This document shows positions 1 through 9,636 of a stretch of 64,000 nt of DNA, in pieces. The notes beneath the pieces were generated by a model that worked only from the letters and a program-made list of their open reading frames with translations, did no database searches and had not been told where the DNA came from. The translations under genes were made by a program, and so were the position numbers. The stretch's first letter is position 1; the number at the start of each line of letters is the position of its first letter. This DNA comes from an uncultured Bacilli bacterium (lineage in GTDB: Bacteria; Bacillota_I; Bacilli_A; RF39; UBA660): assembly GCA_934097015.1 (NCBI GenBank), contig CAKONF010000003.1, positions 630-64,629 on the forward strand, given 5' to 3'.

Positions 1-20
1 AGTTTATTTAGGAGGACGTT

Positions 21-2576
21 ATGGAACTAAAGGGACTAAATGATGAAGAAGTAAAGATAAATAGAAAAAAATATGGAGATAATATAGTTAGTGAAAGTAA
101 ACAAAATAGTTTTTTATCACTTTTAATTGAATCTTTAGGTGATCCTATAATTAAAATTCTTTTAATAGCACTTGCTGTTAAAGTTGTGTTTTTGTTTAGA
201 AATTTTGATTGGTTTGAAACGTTAGGAATATTAATAGCAATATTTTTAGCATCCTTTATATCTAGTATTAGCGAATATGGTAGTGAAAAGGCTTTTAAAA
301 GATTGCAAGAAAAAACATTAGATATTATGACTAAGGTTAAGAGAAATGGAAATTTAACTAATGTTAATATAAAAGATATTGTTGTTGATGATATTGTATA
401 TTTGGAAAGTGGGGATTTAGTTCCTGCTGATGGTATTGTTGTTTTCGGGGGCGTTAGTGTTGATGAATCTGCATTGAATGGTGAAACTAAAGAGGCCTTA
501 AAAAATATTAATGAAGAAGTTTTAAAGGGAAGTATTATTAGTGAAGGTACTTGTTATTTGAAAATCAAAAGAGTTGGTAAGAATACTATTTATGGTAATA
601 TTGAAACAGAGGTAATGTCTAAAACTATTGATAGTCCTTTAAAAAGTAGATTAAGGGACTTAGCTAAAGTTATTAGTAGAATAGGTTATGTTGGTTCTGT
701 TTTAGTAGTTATTAGCTATTTATTTTCTGTTATTGTAATTAAGAATAATTTTGATATTAATTTAATAATTGAGACAGTCACTAATTATAGATTGATGATA
801 GATTATTTGATTTATTCTTTAACTTTATGTGTTACTGTTATTATAGTTGCTGTTCCTGAGGGTCTTCCTATGATGGTTGCTTTAGTATTATCAAGCAATA
901 TGAAAAGAATGTTAAAAAATAATGTTATGGTTAGAAAAATGGTTGGTATTGAAACTGCAGGTAGTTTAAATATATTATTTACTGATAAAACTGGTACTAT
1001 TACTAGTGGTAAATTAAATGTTAATAAACTAATTAATTATAAGGGATTAGAATGTACTAATAAGAAATATATGGATATATTTAAAAGTAGTATTTTATAT
1101 AATAATCAAAGTGAATATAGTAATGGTAATGTTGTCGGTGGTAATACTACTGATCAAGCAATTATGAGATATTTAAAGTTAATAAGACAAGAGGATTATG
1201 AACACGTTGTTTTATTTAATAGTAAAAATAAGTATTCTGTTACTAAGATGGTTAATAATAATTTATATTATTTTAAGGGTGCTAATGAAGTTATTATAGA
1301 TAATAGTGAATTTTATTTAGATGAATTGGGTTATAAACAAATTCTTAGAGATAAAAATAAATTGTATGAGGTCGTTAAGAAATTAACTAAAGAAGGCTTG
1401 AGGGTAATTAGTGTTGCATATAAAAATGGTAATGAATCTTTAGATGGTTTATGTTTTATAGGTTTTGTTGTTATTAAGGATGAAATAAGAGAGAATGCTA
1501 AGGAAGGAATTAATAGAGTAAGGGATGCTCATATTCAAACTGTTATGATTACTGGTGATGATAGAGAAACTGCACTTAGTATTGCAAGAGAAGTTGGACT
1601 TGTTAAAAGTATAAATGATATTGTGTTAACACATGATGAGATGGAGAAGATGACTGATGATGCAATAGCGCATATTATTAGCAATTTACGTGTAGTTGCA
1701 AGGGCTCTACCAACAGATAAAAGTAGGTTAGTTAAGATATGTCAGAAGTGTGATTTGGTTGTTGGTATGACAGGTGATGGTGTAAATGACGCTCCTGCTT
1801 TAAAAATTGCTGATGTGGGTTTTGCTATGGGGAGTGGTACTGAGATAGCAAAAGAGAGTAGTGATATTGTTATAATGGATAATAATCTAATTTCTATTGC
1901 TAACGCTGTACTCTATGGTAGAACAATATTTAAAAGCATTAGAAAATTTATTATATATCAATTAACTGTAAATTGTTGTGCTTTAGTACTTAGTTTTGTT
2001 GGACCATTTATTGGTATACCTACACCGATTACTGTTATTCAAATGTTATGGATTAATATGATAATGGATACTTTAGCAGGATTAGCTTTTAGTTATGAAG
2101 CACCTTTAAAAGAGTATTTAAAAGAAGAACCTAAGAAACGTAATCAAAGTATTATAAATAAATTTATGTATACTGAAATATTAATTACTGGTGTTTATTC
2201 ATCTTTTGTTTCAATATTTTATTTATGTAGTCCTTATATTAAATCATTGTTTAGAGTTGATAGAGATAATGTGTATTTTATGACTGGTTTCTTTGCATTA
2301 TTTATATTTATGGGTATATTTAATGCATTTAATGCTAGAACAACTAGAATAAATTTGTTAAGTAATATTAGTAAAAACAAAGTATTTATTATATTATTTA
2401 TGTGTATAAGTATAGTTCAAATGTATTTAATTTATTTTGGTGGAAGTTTATTTAGAACATATGGGCTTTCTTTTAAAGAATTAATGATTGTGTTAGCTAT
2501 GGCATTTACTGTTATTCCTGTAGATATATTTAGAAAATTATTATTTAAAAGACGTGGTGTAATTGATTATATATAA
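21..2576 (+). CDS. P-type (P2) cation-transporting ATPase, Ca2+-pump-like
   Basis: 851-aa ORF with phosphorylation motif DKTGTIT, hinge motif TGDGVNDAPALK and TM helices at both ends. GGAGG lies 5 nt upstream of the ATG. Confidence 0.9.
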   Translation: MELKGLNDEEVKINRKKYGDNIVSESKQNSFLSLLIESLGDPIIKILLIALAVKVVFLFRNFDWFETLGILIAIFLASFISSISEYGSEKAFKRLQEKTLDIMTKVKRNGNLTNVNIKDIVVDDIVYLESGDLVPADGIVVFGGVSVDESALNGETKEALKNINEEVLKGSIISEGTCYLKIKRVGKNTIYGNIETEVMSKTIDSPLKSRLRDLAKVISRIGYVGSVLVVISYLFSVIVIKNNFDINLIIETVTNYRLMIDYLIYSLTLCVTVIIVAVPEGLPMMVALVLSSNMKRMLKNNVMVRKMVGIETAGSLNILFTDKTGTITSGKLNVNKLINYKGLECTNKKYMDIFKSSILYNNQSEYSNGNVVGGNTTDQAIMRYLKLIRQEDYEHVVLFNSKNKYSVTKMVNNNLYYFKGANEVIIDNSEFYLDELGYKQILRDKNKLYEVVKKLTKEGLRVISVAYKNGNESLDGLCFIGFVVIKDEIRENAKEGINRVRDAHIQTVMITGDDRETALSIAREVGLVKSINDIVLTHDEMEKMTDDAIAHIISNLRVVARALPTDKSRLVKICQKCDLVVGMTGDGVNDAPALKIADVGFAMGSGTEIAKESSDIVIMDNNLISIANAVLYGRTIFKSIRKFIIYQLTVNCCALVLSFVGPFIGIPTPITVIQMLWINMIMDTLAGLAFSYEAPLKEYLKEEPKKRNQSIINKFMYTEILITGVYSSFVSIFYLCSPYIKSLFRVDRDNVYFMTGFFALFIFMGIFNAFNARTTRINLLSNISKNKVFIILFMCISIVQMYLIYFGGSLFRTYGLSFKELMIVLAMAFTVIPVDIFRKLLFKRRGVIDYI

Positions 2577-2616
2577 AAAAGTGAATTAATTTTGTTTGTT
2601 TTAATTCACTTTTTTG
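2577..2616. terminator. Bidirectional intrinsic terminator between convergent genes
   Basis: AGTGAATTAA / TTAATTCACT inverted repeat flanked by an A-run and a T-run. Confidence 0.6.
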
Positions 2617-2621
2617 TTGTT

Positions 2622-3488
2622 TTATTTATTAGATTTTGTTTCGTCATGTTTTATATCTTTTATGATTTTATTTAACTCTTCTTCTTTTAAATTAGTTAAT
2701 TCCATTATTTCTTTCTTTGGATAATTTTTGCTTAACATATTTTTTATTATTTCTTTTTGATTTTTTAAAATGCCATCAATTTCACCTTGTTCGTAAGAAA
2801 CTTCTTTCATGTATTCGTCGTAGTCATAATATAATTGTTTATCTAAATCTTCTATGTCTATATTAAATATTTTACTAATATCTCTCATTAAACCATTACC
2901 ATTATAAATATTATCTAGTAGTTTTTTATCATTACAAACAAAGAAATATAATAACTTTTCTAGATTATATTCATTCCCTTTCTTTATTTTATTATAGTCT
3001 ATATTGGATAAAAAATCTAGATTAATATCTATTACTCGAAGCATATTGTCTCTTAATATATGATGTTTCTTTTCTATCATCATGGAATCATATACAAATT
3101 CTCCTTTACCAAATAAATCATAATTATTTATGTTTATTTGTATTACACCTTTGACGTTTTTATAGTCATCACTTCTATGTACTTGTCTTAATATAGAGTT
3201 ATACATGTAAATATTATTTTTTACTATTGCAATAGGAACATTATTATAATTTATTTCTATGTTGTAATAGTTTTCATTATCTTTAACCATAACATCACTA
3301 ACACTATTAACGTAATTAGAATTGCTATTAATATTGGGAGTAATTAATTCTATGCTATCTCTTAATTCATGAACATCTATACCAGTAGAGGCACTAATTA
3401 ATCTAACTAGATATTCACGGCATGTAGGATTTTCACTATTAAGTAATTTTTTAACAACTTTATCTTTTAATAAAACACGTTCTCGCAT
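2622..3488 (-). CDS. PD-(D/E)XK nuclease family protein (Rpn/YhgA-like putative transposase family)
   Basis: Layout resembles Rpn-type nucleases: D...E-I-N core (DVMVKD...YYNIEINY), a conserved mid region and a C-terminal helical tail. GAGGTGA lies 7 nt before the ATG at 3488. Recognised by eye only. Confidence 0.45.
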   Translation of the reverse strand: MRERVLLKDKVVKKLLNSENPTCREYLVRLISASTGIDVHELRDSIELITPNINSNSNYVNSVSDVMVKDNENYYNIEINYNNVPIAIVKNNIYMYNSILRQVHRSDDYKNVKGVIQININNYDLFGKGEFVYDSMMIEKKHHILRDNMLRVIDINLDFLSNIDYNKIKKGNEYNLEKLLYFFVCNDKKLLDNIYNGNGLMRDISKIFNIDIEDLDKQLYYDYDEYMKEVSYEQGEIDGILKNQKEIIKNMLSKNYPKKEIMELTNLKEEELNKIIKDIKHDETKSNK

Positions 3489-3585
3489 TATCAATTCACC
3501 TCGCTTTCTATTTGGATTATTGGGCCCAAAATAACCATAACAAAATAGGGAAAATAATGCAAAAACGAGATTATTAAAATCTGCA

Positions 3586-3637
3586 TAAAAAAACGCACAG
3601 ATTTTTTAGATCTCCCTAGGGAAATCTTAAAATCTGC
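3586..3637 (-). terminator. Intrinsic terminator of the DUF1003 gene
   Basis: On the minus strand, GCAGATTTTAAGATTTCCC / GGGAGATCTAAAAAATCTGTGC forms a long hairpin followed by a T-run. Confidence 0.6.
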
Positions 3638-3687
3638 ACGATTTTTTTAACCAATTTTTAAAATCATATAAATTTAATTTTTTTTAA

Positions 3688-4212
3688 TTATTTTTCTAGT
3701 TTTTTTATTATTTCTTTTTGATTTCTTAGTATTGTATCCATTTTATCATGTAATTCTTCTAGTATTAATTCACTTTTTAAATCTATTCTATAATCATTTT
3801 GATTTCTAATGCTGTCTTTTTTTGCTTGTCTATTTTGACTCATCATAATAATTGGTGCTTGGATAGCAGCAATACATGAAAGTACTAAATTGAGTAATAT
3901 AAATGGATATGGGTCTATTTCTTTACCGCTTGTTAAAATCATTGTATTTATTACAATCCAAATAAGTAAAAATAATATAAACATTATAATAAAGAACCAA
4001 CTACCTGCTATTTCTGAAACTTTATCTGCAACTCTATCACCAAAAGTCATTGTACTATCTTCTAATTTGTCTACATCAATACTAATGGGTTGATCTACTA
4101 ATAAATCCAAAAGTTCTTGTTCATCTTGAATATTTAATTCTTTATTTTTTAATAACATTTTAACTATATCTTTTTTTGTTAATGTTGTTTCTTTTGTATC
4201 TTTCTTCTTCAT
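3688..4212 (-). CDS. DUF1003 family membrane protein
   Basis: FGDRVAD...GSW, two TM helices, then DPYPFILLNL....QAPIIMMSQNRQ. Start moved to the second ATG, which has GGTGG 5 nt upstream. Confidence 0.75.
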   Translation of the reverse strand: MKKKDTKETTLTKKDIVKMLLKNKELNIQDEQELLDLLVDQPISIDVDKLEDSTMTFGDRVADKVSEIAGSWFFIIMFILFLLIWIVINTMILTSGKEIDPYPFILLNLVLSCIAAIQAPIIMMSQNRQAKKDSIRNQNDYRIDLKSELILEELHDKMDTILRNQKEIIKKLEK

Positions 4213-4247
4213 TATTACCACCATATTGATTATAACATATTATTTAA

Positions 4248-4736
4248 TTACATATAACCATTTATTATAGTTTTTGTTTCTTTTATAGTTATGAATGCTT
4301 CATTATCTAATTTTTTTAGTAGTGTTGTTAATTCATCTAATCTTTTTTTATTAGTTTCTATTAATAATATAGTTTTATTTTTATCTTTATTTAATATTGA
4401 TACTCCGAAATTTTTATCTTTTATTTTTTTTGTATTTTTTATTTTTGTTGATATTACTATAAGTTCCATGTTTGTTTTAACAAATTTATTAATAAATGTA
4501 GTACCAAGTATTGTACCCATAGTATATCCACCTGAATAACTTATTACTATCCATAAATTTAATTCTACGTTAATTGCTGTTCTTGCAACTAATAGCCATA
4601 TAGTTATTTCTACGAATGCTATTAATGCTACTATAAAGGTTTTTCCTTTTATAACAAAAGTAGTACGTATAGTATTTAAAGATACATCTAGAATACGAGC
4701 AAAAAATATTTTAATACAAGTTAATAATAGAGACAT
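4248..4736 (-). CDS. UPF0316/DUF2179 family membrane protein
   Basis: The N-terminus IFFARILDVSLNTIRT, three TM helices and a soluble C-terminal domain are typical of this family. Confidence 0.7.
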   Translation of the reverse strand: MSLLLTCIKIFFARILDVSLNTIRTTFVIKGKTFIVALIAFVEITIWLLVARTAINVELNLWIVISYSGGYTMGTILGTTFINKFVKTNMELIVISTKIKNTKKIKDKNFGVSILNKDKNKTILLIETNKKRLDELTTLLKKLDNEAFITIKETKTIINGYM

Positions 4737-4797
4737 AGTACCACCTATTTTATAGTATGAAATAAATAAGTATAGTTATACTATTAATGGTGATATT

Positions 4798-5295
4798 ATG
4801 TATTTTTATATTAATGTATTTTTATTTTATAGTATATTTGGTAATTTATTTGAAAGATTTATAACTAGTATAAGACATATAGATTATACTAGCGGTTTTA
4901 TGGGTACTATATTTACACCTGTATATGGTGTTGCAATACTTGTTATTATTTTTATACATAATAAGATTAAAATAAATAATAAGTTTTTTAAAATATTATT
5001 AGAAATTATTATATATGGTGTTGTTTTAAGTTTATTAGAACTTTTTGGTGGAATAATGATAGAGAATACTTTTAATAAAGTATTTTGGAATTATGAAAGA
5101 TTTAAATTTAATATTGGAAAATATATAAGTTTAGAGACTGCAGTATTATGGGGTATTATGAGTGTTGTTATATTATATTTAGTACATCCTTTATTTAAAA
5201 AATTAGAAAAACATATTCCTAAATTTTTAACTTTGTTAGTAAGTGTATTTTTTATAATTAATTTAATTTATGTATTTATAGTTAAATTAACCTAG
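4798..5295 (+). CDS. Polytopic membrane protein (possibly CmpB / 'putative ABC transporter type IV' family)
   Basis: 165 aa with 4-5 TM helices and an N-terminal FLFYSIFGNLFE motif. Weak family recognition. Confidence 0.45.
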   Translation: MYFYINVFLFYSIFGNLFERFITSIRHIDYTSGFMGTIFTPVYGVAILVIIFIHNKIKINNKFFKILLEIIIYGVVLSLLELFGGIMIENTFNKVFWNYERFKFNIGKYISLETAVLWGIMSVVILYLVHPLFKKLEKHIPKFLTLLVSVFFIINLIYVFIVKLT

Positions 5296-5338
5296 TATAT
5301 TTTTTATAAATAACATAGTATAAGTTGGAGGTTATGTT

Positions 5339-5956
5339 ATGTTATTTGAACTAGATAGTGAGAATAGTGATATTCTTAATAATTTAGATTATTTTAATTT
5401 GAATAAGAATGAGATAGAAAATAAATATAAGTATATTAATAAAAAGTACGATAACGATAAATATGATTTTAAGAAATATGATAATGATAAGTATGACTAT
5501 AAAAAGTATGATAATGATAAGTTTGATTTTAAAAAATATGATTTTAATTATAATAAATATGATGTAGATTTTAATAATTATGTTTATGATAAGAATAAGA
5601 GAATTGTTAATGTAGATTTAGAGAAAGGATTTTATTTAGGTAATATATTTATTGATAGCTACGATGGATATAAGAATTATAAAGCTAAGAAAATAAATGC
5701 TTATAGTGAGCAACAAAAAATGCTTCTTAGAATATATGAATTAGATTTTATATTAAATGATTTAAATTTATATTTGGATATTAATCCTAATGATAAAAGA
5801 TTATTTGAAATGTTTAAGAAATGTGCTATGGAGTTAGATGTTTTAAAGAAAAAATATTATGAAAAGTATCAAGTATTAGAATTATGTAAAGATACTAAAG
5901 ATAAATATACTTGGATAAGTAATCCATGGCCATGGGATGGAGGTTATTATGTTTAA
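5339..5956 (+). CDS. cotJB: CotJB-like spore coat protein with N-terminal repeat extension (possible CotJA-CotJB fusion)
   Basis: The C-terminal half (LLRIYELDFILNDLNLYLDINPND...ELDVLKKKYYEKY...PWPWD) matches the CotJB pattern. It lies directly upstream of cotJC and overlaps it. Confidence 0.7.
   Translation: MLFELDSENSDILNNLDYFNLNKNEIENKYKYINKKYDNDKYDFKKYDNDKYDYKKYDNDKFDFKKYDFNYNKYDVDFNNYVYDKNKRIVNVDLEKGFYLGNIFIDSYDGYKNYKAKKINAYSEQQKMLLRIYELDFILNDLNLYLDINPNDKRLFEMFKKCAMELDVLKKKYYEKYQVLELCKDTKDKYTWISNPWPWDGGYYV
5441..5563 (+). repeat. In-frame 30-nt tandem repeat, about 3.5 copies (KKYDNDKYDF units)
   Basis: Read directly: aaaaagtacgataacgataaatatgatttt / aagaaatatgataatgataagtatgactat / aaaaagtatgataatgataagtttgatttt, then a partial copy. 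Confidence 0.85.
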
Positions 5957-6509
5957 GTACGATAAGAAACTTCCATATCCTGTAGATATTAAGAAGAAAG
6001 ATTTAAAAATGGCTAAGTATATTTTGACACAATTTGGCGGCTCTAATGGCGAACTTGGGGCAGCATTAAGATATTTTAGTCAAAAATTTAGTATGCCAAC
6101 CGAAGAAGGTAAAGCACTTTTAAATGATATTGCCACTGAAGAAATGGGACATAATGAAATGATATGTACTATGGTAAATCAGTTAATGAGTGGTGCAAGT
6201 ATAAAAGAGTTAGAAGATGCTGGGTTAGGTAGTACGTATACTGAGCATGGATATGGAATTTATCCTAGTGATTCAAATGGTGTTCCTTTTACTGCTAGTT
6301 ATATAGCAAGTGTTGGAGACCCTATTGCTAACTTAGTAGAAGATATGGCTGCTGAACAAAAAGCAAGAGTGACATATGAACATTTAATTGACTTAGCAAG
6401 TGATGAAGATGTTATACAACCATTATTATTCTTAAGACAAAGAGAAGTAGTTCATTTTAATAGATTTAAAGAATTATATGAAAAATATTTAAATCAAGGT
6501 TTTAAATAA
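5949..6509 (+). CDS. cotJC: Spore coat protein CotJC (manganese-catalase/ferritin-like family)
   Basis: N-terminus MFKYDKKLPYPV and the motifs GELGAALRY and EEMGHNEM. GGAGG lies 5 nt upstream of the ATG at 5949. Confidence 0.85.
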   Translation: MFKYDKKLPYPVDIKKKDLKMAKYILTQFGGSNGELGAALRYFSQKFSMPTEEGKALLNDIATEEMGHNEMICTMVNQLMSGASIKELEDAGLGSTYTEHGYGIYPSDSNGVPFTASYIASVGDPIANLVEDMAAEQKARVTYEHLIDLASDEDVIQPLLFLRQREVVHFNRFKELYEKYLNQGFK

Positions 6510-6609
6510 ATCTTGATTTTTTTATGTAAACAATATGTTTTTTGTAATTATGTTAATTTACTTATAAAATGTGGTGTGTTAAAATATAATTAGTGAAAGG
6601 GACTTAGTT

Positions 6610-7101
6610 ATGAAGAAAGAAAGAGTAGTACCTAAAAAGAATTATTTTTATTTATTATTAATGATTATTGGTGTAGTTGTTTTAACTTTTATTATATTTG
6701 GTTTAAATGATAAATATCAAAACAAAAAATTAGAAAGTAGTTATTTAAGTGGGTATGTAAATCAAATTAAAATTGAAGAAATTGATAATATTTTAGCTGA
6801 ACCTAATAGTGATATGTTTGTTTTAATAACTAAAACTGGTGATGATAATGTATATAATTTTGAAAATGATTTAAAGAAAATAATTAAGAAAAAAGATTTA
6901 AGAGATAATTTTATATTTATTGATTATAGTGGTAATGATAATTATGATGTAATTAATAAAAAATTTAAAAGTAATATTAAGAGTGTACCAGCAATTATTT
7001 ATATAAAAAATGGAGAATTTGTTAAAAATATTGATAGTAGTGAACATATATTAAATGTTGGTGATTTTGAAAAATTATTGGACGAATATGAGGTAAAATA
7101 A
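6610..7101 (+). CDS. Hypothetical N-terminally anchored protein
   Basis: 163-aa ORF with a single N-terminal TM helix, coupled to trmL by an ATGA-type junction. No confident family. Confidence 0.5.
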   Translation: MKKERVVPKKNYFYLLLMIIGVVVLTFIIFGLNDKYQNKKLESSYLSGYVNQIKIEEIDNILAEPNSDMFVLITKTGDDNVYNFENDLKKIIKKKDLRDNFIFIDYSGNDNYDVINKKFKSNIKSVPAIIYIKNGEFVKNIDSSEHILNVGDFEKLLDEYEVK

Positions 7102-7613
7102 TGATTAATGTAGTTTTATTTGAACCTGAAATACCTGGTAATACAGGTAATATTATGAGAACTTGTGTTGCTACTAATACTAAGTTGCATTTGATAAAAC
7201 CGCTTGGATTTAGTTTAGATGAAAAATATATTAAAAGAAGTGGTGTTAATTATATTGATAATTGTGATTATACTGTTTATGAGAATATAGAAGAATTTTT
7301 TGAAAAGAATAAAGGGACATATTATTTTTTGACTAGATATGGAAAGAAACCACATACTAGTTTTGATTATAGTAATAAAGATGAAAATATATATTTTATT
7401 TTTGGTAAGGAATCTACTGGTATTCCGCCTAAAATATTAAAACCTTATTTGGATAAATGTATGAGAATGCCAATGACTGATAAAGTTAGAGCACTTAATT
7501 TATCTAATACTGTTGCTATTATGGTATATGAAGCATTAAGACAACAAAATTATAGAGGTTTATTATTTACTGAACCTCATAAGAGTGAAGATTTTATAAT
7601 AGAAAATGGATAA
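7101..7613 (+). CDS. trmL: tRNA (cytidine/uridine-2'-O)-methyltransferase TrmL (SpoU/TrmH class)
   Basis: N-terminus VVLFEPEIPGNTGNIMRTC and ~170 aa, typical of TrmL/CspR. Confidence 0.85.
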   Translation: MINVVLFEPEIPGNTGNIMRTCVATNTKLHLIKPLGFSLDEKYIKRSGVNYIDNCDYTVYENIEEFFEKNKGTYYFLTRYGKKPHTSFDYSNKDENIYFIFGKESTGIPPKILKPYLDKCMRMPMTDKVRALNLSNTVAIMVYEALRQQNYRGLLFTEPHKSEDFIIENG

Positions 7614-7647
7614 AATTGTTTTATCTTTTTTTTGAAAGTGGTGAATT

Positions 7648-8355
7648 ATGGAAAATATTGTTATACCTAAACATGTTGGTATTATAATGGATGGCAATGG
7701 TAGATGGGCCAAAATGAAAGGAAGAAAACGCAGTTTTGGTCATTTAGAAGGAAGTAAAACATTAGAAAATATTGCCCTTTATGCAATAGAGTGTGGAGTT
7801 CAAATATTAAGTGTTTATGCTTTTTCAACAGATAATTTTAAACGTAGTAAAGAAGAAGTTGATTATTTGATGGATTTGTTTATAACTATGTTTAATAAAA
7901 AAATGAAAAAAATTAAAGATAATGATATAAAAATTATATTTTCTGGCAGAAGAGAACCTTTAAGAGAAGATGTATTAGTTTCTATGGATAAAATAGTTGA
8001 GGAAACAAAAAATAATAAAAGAGGAATACTTAATATTTGTTTAAATTATGGTGGACAAGAAGAAATTGTTGATGCTACTAAAAAAATTGTAGAGTTAGTA
8101 AATAGTGGTGAATTAAATATAGATGATATTGATAAGAATAGTTTTTATAAGTATTTATATAATGATTTACCACCATTAGATTTATTAATTAGAACTAGTG
8201 GAGAATATAGATTAAGTAATTTTATGCCTTATCAAAGTACTTATTCTGAATTTTATTTTACAGATACTTTATTTCCTGATTTTAATAATCAAGAATTTGA
8301 TAGAGCTATTGAGAGTTATAACAAAAGAGATAGAAGATTTGGTAATGCAAAATAA
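7648..8355 (+). CDS. uppS: Isoprenyl transferase / undecaprenyl diphosphate synthase
   Basis: HVGIIMDGNGRWAK, AFSTDNFKR and RTSGEYRLSNF motifs. Confidence 0.9.
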   Translation: MENIVIPKHVGIIMDGNGRWAKMKGRKRSFGHLEGSKTLENIALYAIECGVQILSVYAFSTDNFKRSKEEVDYLMDLFITMFNKKMKKIKDNDIKIIFSGRREPLREDVLVSMDKIVEETKNNKRGILNICLNYGGQEEIVDATKKIVELVNSGELNIDDIDKNSFYKYLYNDLPPLDLLIRTSGEYRLSNFMPYQSTYSEFYFTDTLFPDFNNQEFDRAIESYNKRDRRFGNAK

Positions 8356-8394
8356 AAAATCCGATTTTGGATTTTTTTGTTTATTTATATTTTA

Positions 8395-8703
8395 TTAATC
8401 TTTGCAACCACAACTACATGATTCATCGCAATTGCAGTTTTCATCACAATCACAGTTTTCTTCACAATCACAATTATCGCCACATTCACAATGTTCACAA
8501 GAACAATTATGTGAGTTGCATGAATCGTCTATTAAAATTGCACTAACAGGACAACCTTCACTTGCTTCAATTGCTTCATCAGTAACATTATCACTAATCA
8601 TACTTGCTCTTCCTTCATCATTACATTCAAAATTTTCTGGTGCAATACTAAAACAATATCCACAACCTATACATCTTTCTTTATCAAAAACTATTTTACT
8701 CAT
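8395..8703 (-). CDS. Small ferredoxin with a Cys-rich acidic C-terminal tail
   Basis: CIGCGYC....CP cluster-binding pattern in the first ~60 aa, followed by a tail of 15 Cys in 41 aa. Confidence 0.8.
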   Translation of the reverse strand: MSKIVFDKERCIGCGYCFSIAPENFECNDEGRASMISDNVTDEAIEASEGCPVSAILIDDSCNSHNCSCEHCECGDNCDCEENCDCDENCNCDESCSCGCKD

Positions 8704-8813
8704 ATTAATTCCTCCAATAAAATTATTATATACTAATAAAATATAATTATCAATTAAAAAAATGTAGAATAATGTTTGAAACTATGATATCATTAACATG
8801 ATAGGTGATTTAT

Positions 8814-9605
8814 ATGAACTCAAGAATGGATAAATATGCTGAAACTCCTAATTTAAAAAGTAGAGCAGAAAAAAATAAAGATTTATATGAACAAATAAAA
8901 ACAAGTGATATAGATAAATTTGATATTGCTAGCAATGCTACTGTTATTGGAGAAGATATAAGTAGAATAGATGTAGATAAAGTTAAGGATATGCTTGATA
9001 AAAGATATAGAGATGAATATGATAAACGTAGTTTAAAATTTAGAGAACAAGATGAAGAGATTATAGAAGATAAAAAATATGATACTAAAGAATATGATAT
9101 AAATGCTATATTAGAGAAAGCTAAGAAAACACAAAATGTAGATTACGAAAAAGAAAGATTAAAAAAAGTACATGATACACAATATGATATATTAAAAAAA
9201 TTAAATATAGATGAAACTACTGAAGAAGAAGTAATGGAAGATAGTGAAGAAAACATAGTAAATCTAATAAATACTATTACTAATTTAGAATTACAAAATA
9301 ACAAAAAAAATAGTACAGGTGCTACTACTGCATTAGATTTATTAAGTGATTTAAGTGACAATGATACTAATACTGTTTATAAAACTATGGAGTTAGATAA
9401 AGAAGAAATTAGTACAAAAACAGAAGATAACTTAGATGAAGAAGATTTAAGTATAGAAGATAAATATGATGATTTTAAAGAATTAGAGAAAGATTTAAAA
9501 TCTAATAATATTGCTATCAAAGTTGTTGGTATAGTATTTGTTATTATATTAATTATACTTGCTGTTATATTTGTTAATAAATATTTTAATTTAGGACTAT
9601 TTTAA
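8814..9605 (+). CDS. Hypothetical acidic protein with C-terminal TM anchor
   Basis: ORF with AGGTGA 5 nt upstream of the ATG at 8814. Highly charged D/E/K-rich body and a terminal hydrophobic helix. Confidence 0.55.
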   Translation: MNSRMDKYAETPNLKSRAEKNKDLYEQIKTSDIDKFDIASNATVIGEDISRIDVDKVKDMLDKRYRDEYDKRSLKFREQDEEIIEDKKYDTKEYDINAILEKAKKTQNVDYEKERLKKVHDTQYDILKKLNIDETTEEEVMEDSEENIVNLINTITNLELQNNKKNSTGATTALDLLSDLSDNDTNTVYKTMELDKEEISTKTEDNLDEEDLSIEDKYDDFKELEKDLKSNNIAIKVVGIVFVIILIILAVIFVNKYFNLGLF

Positions 9606-9636
9606 TATAGTTCTTATTTTTTTCATAAAATATATT

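Noticed and set aside
8402-8746. 114-aa ORF antisense to the ferredoxin gene.
   Set aside because: It is created by the periodic Cys-codon repeat of the ferredoxin tail (a Ser/Gln/Leu-rich mirror product). The ferredoxin frame has the CxxCxxC...CP motif.
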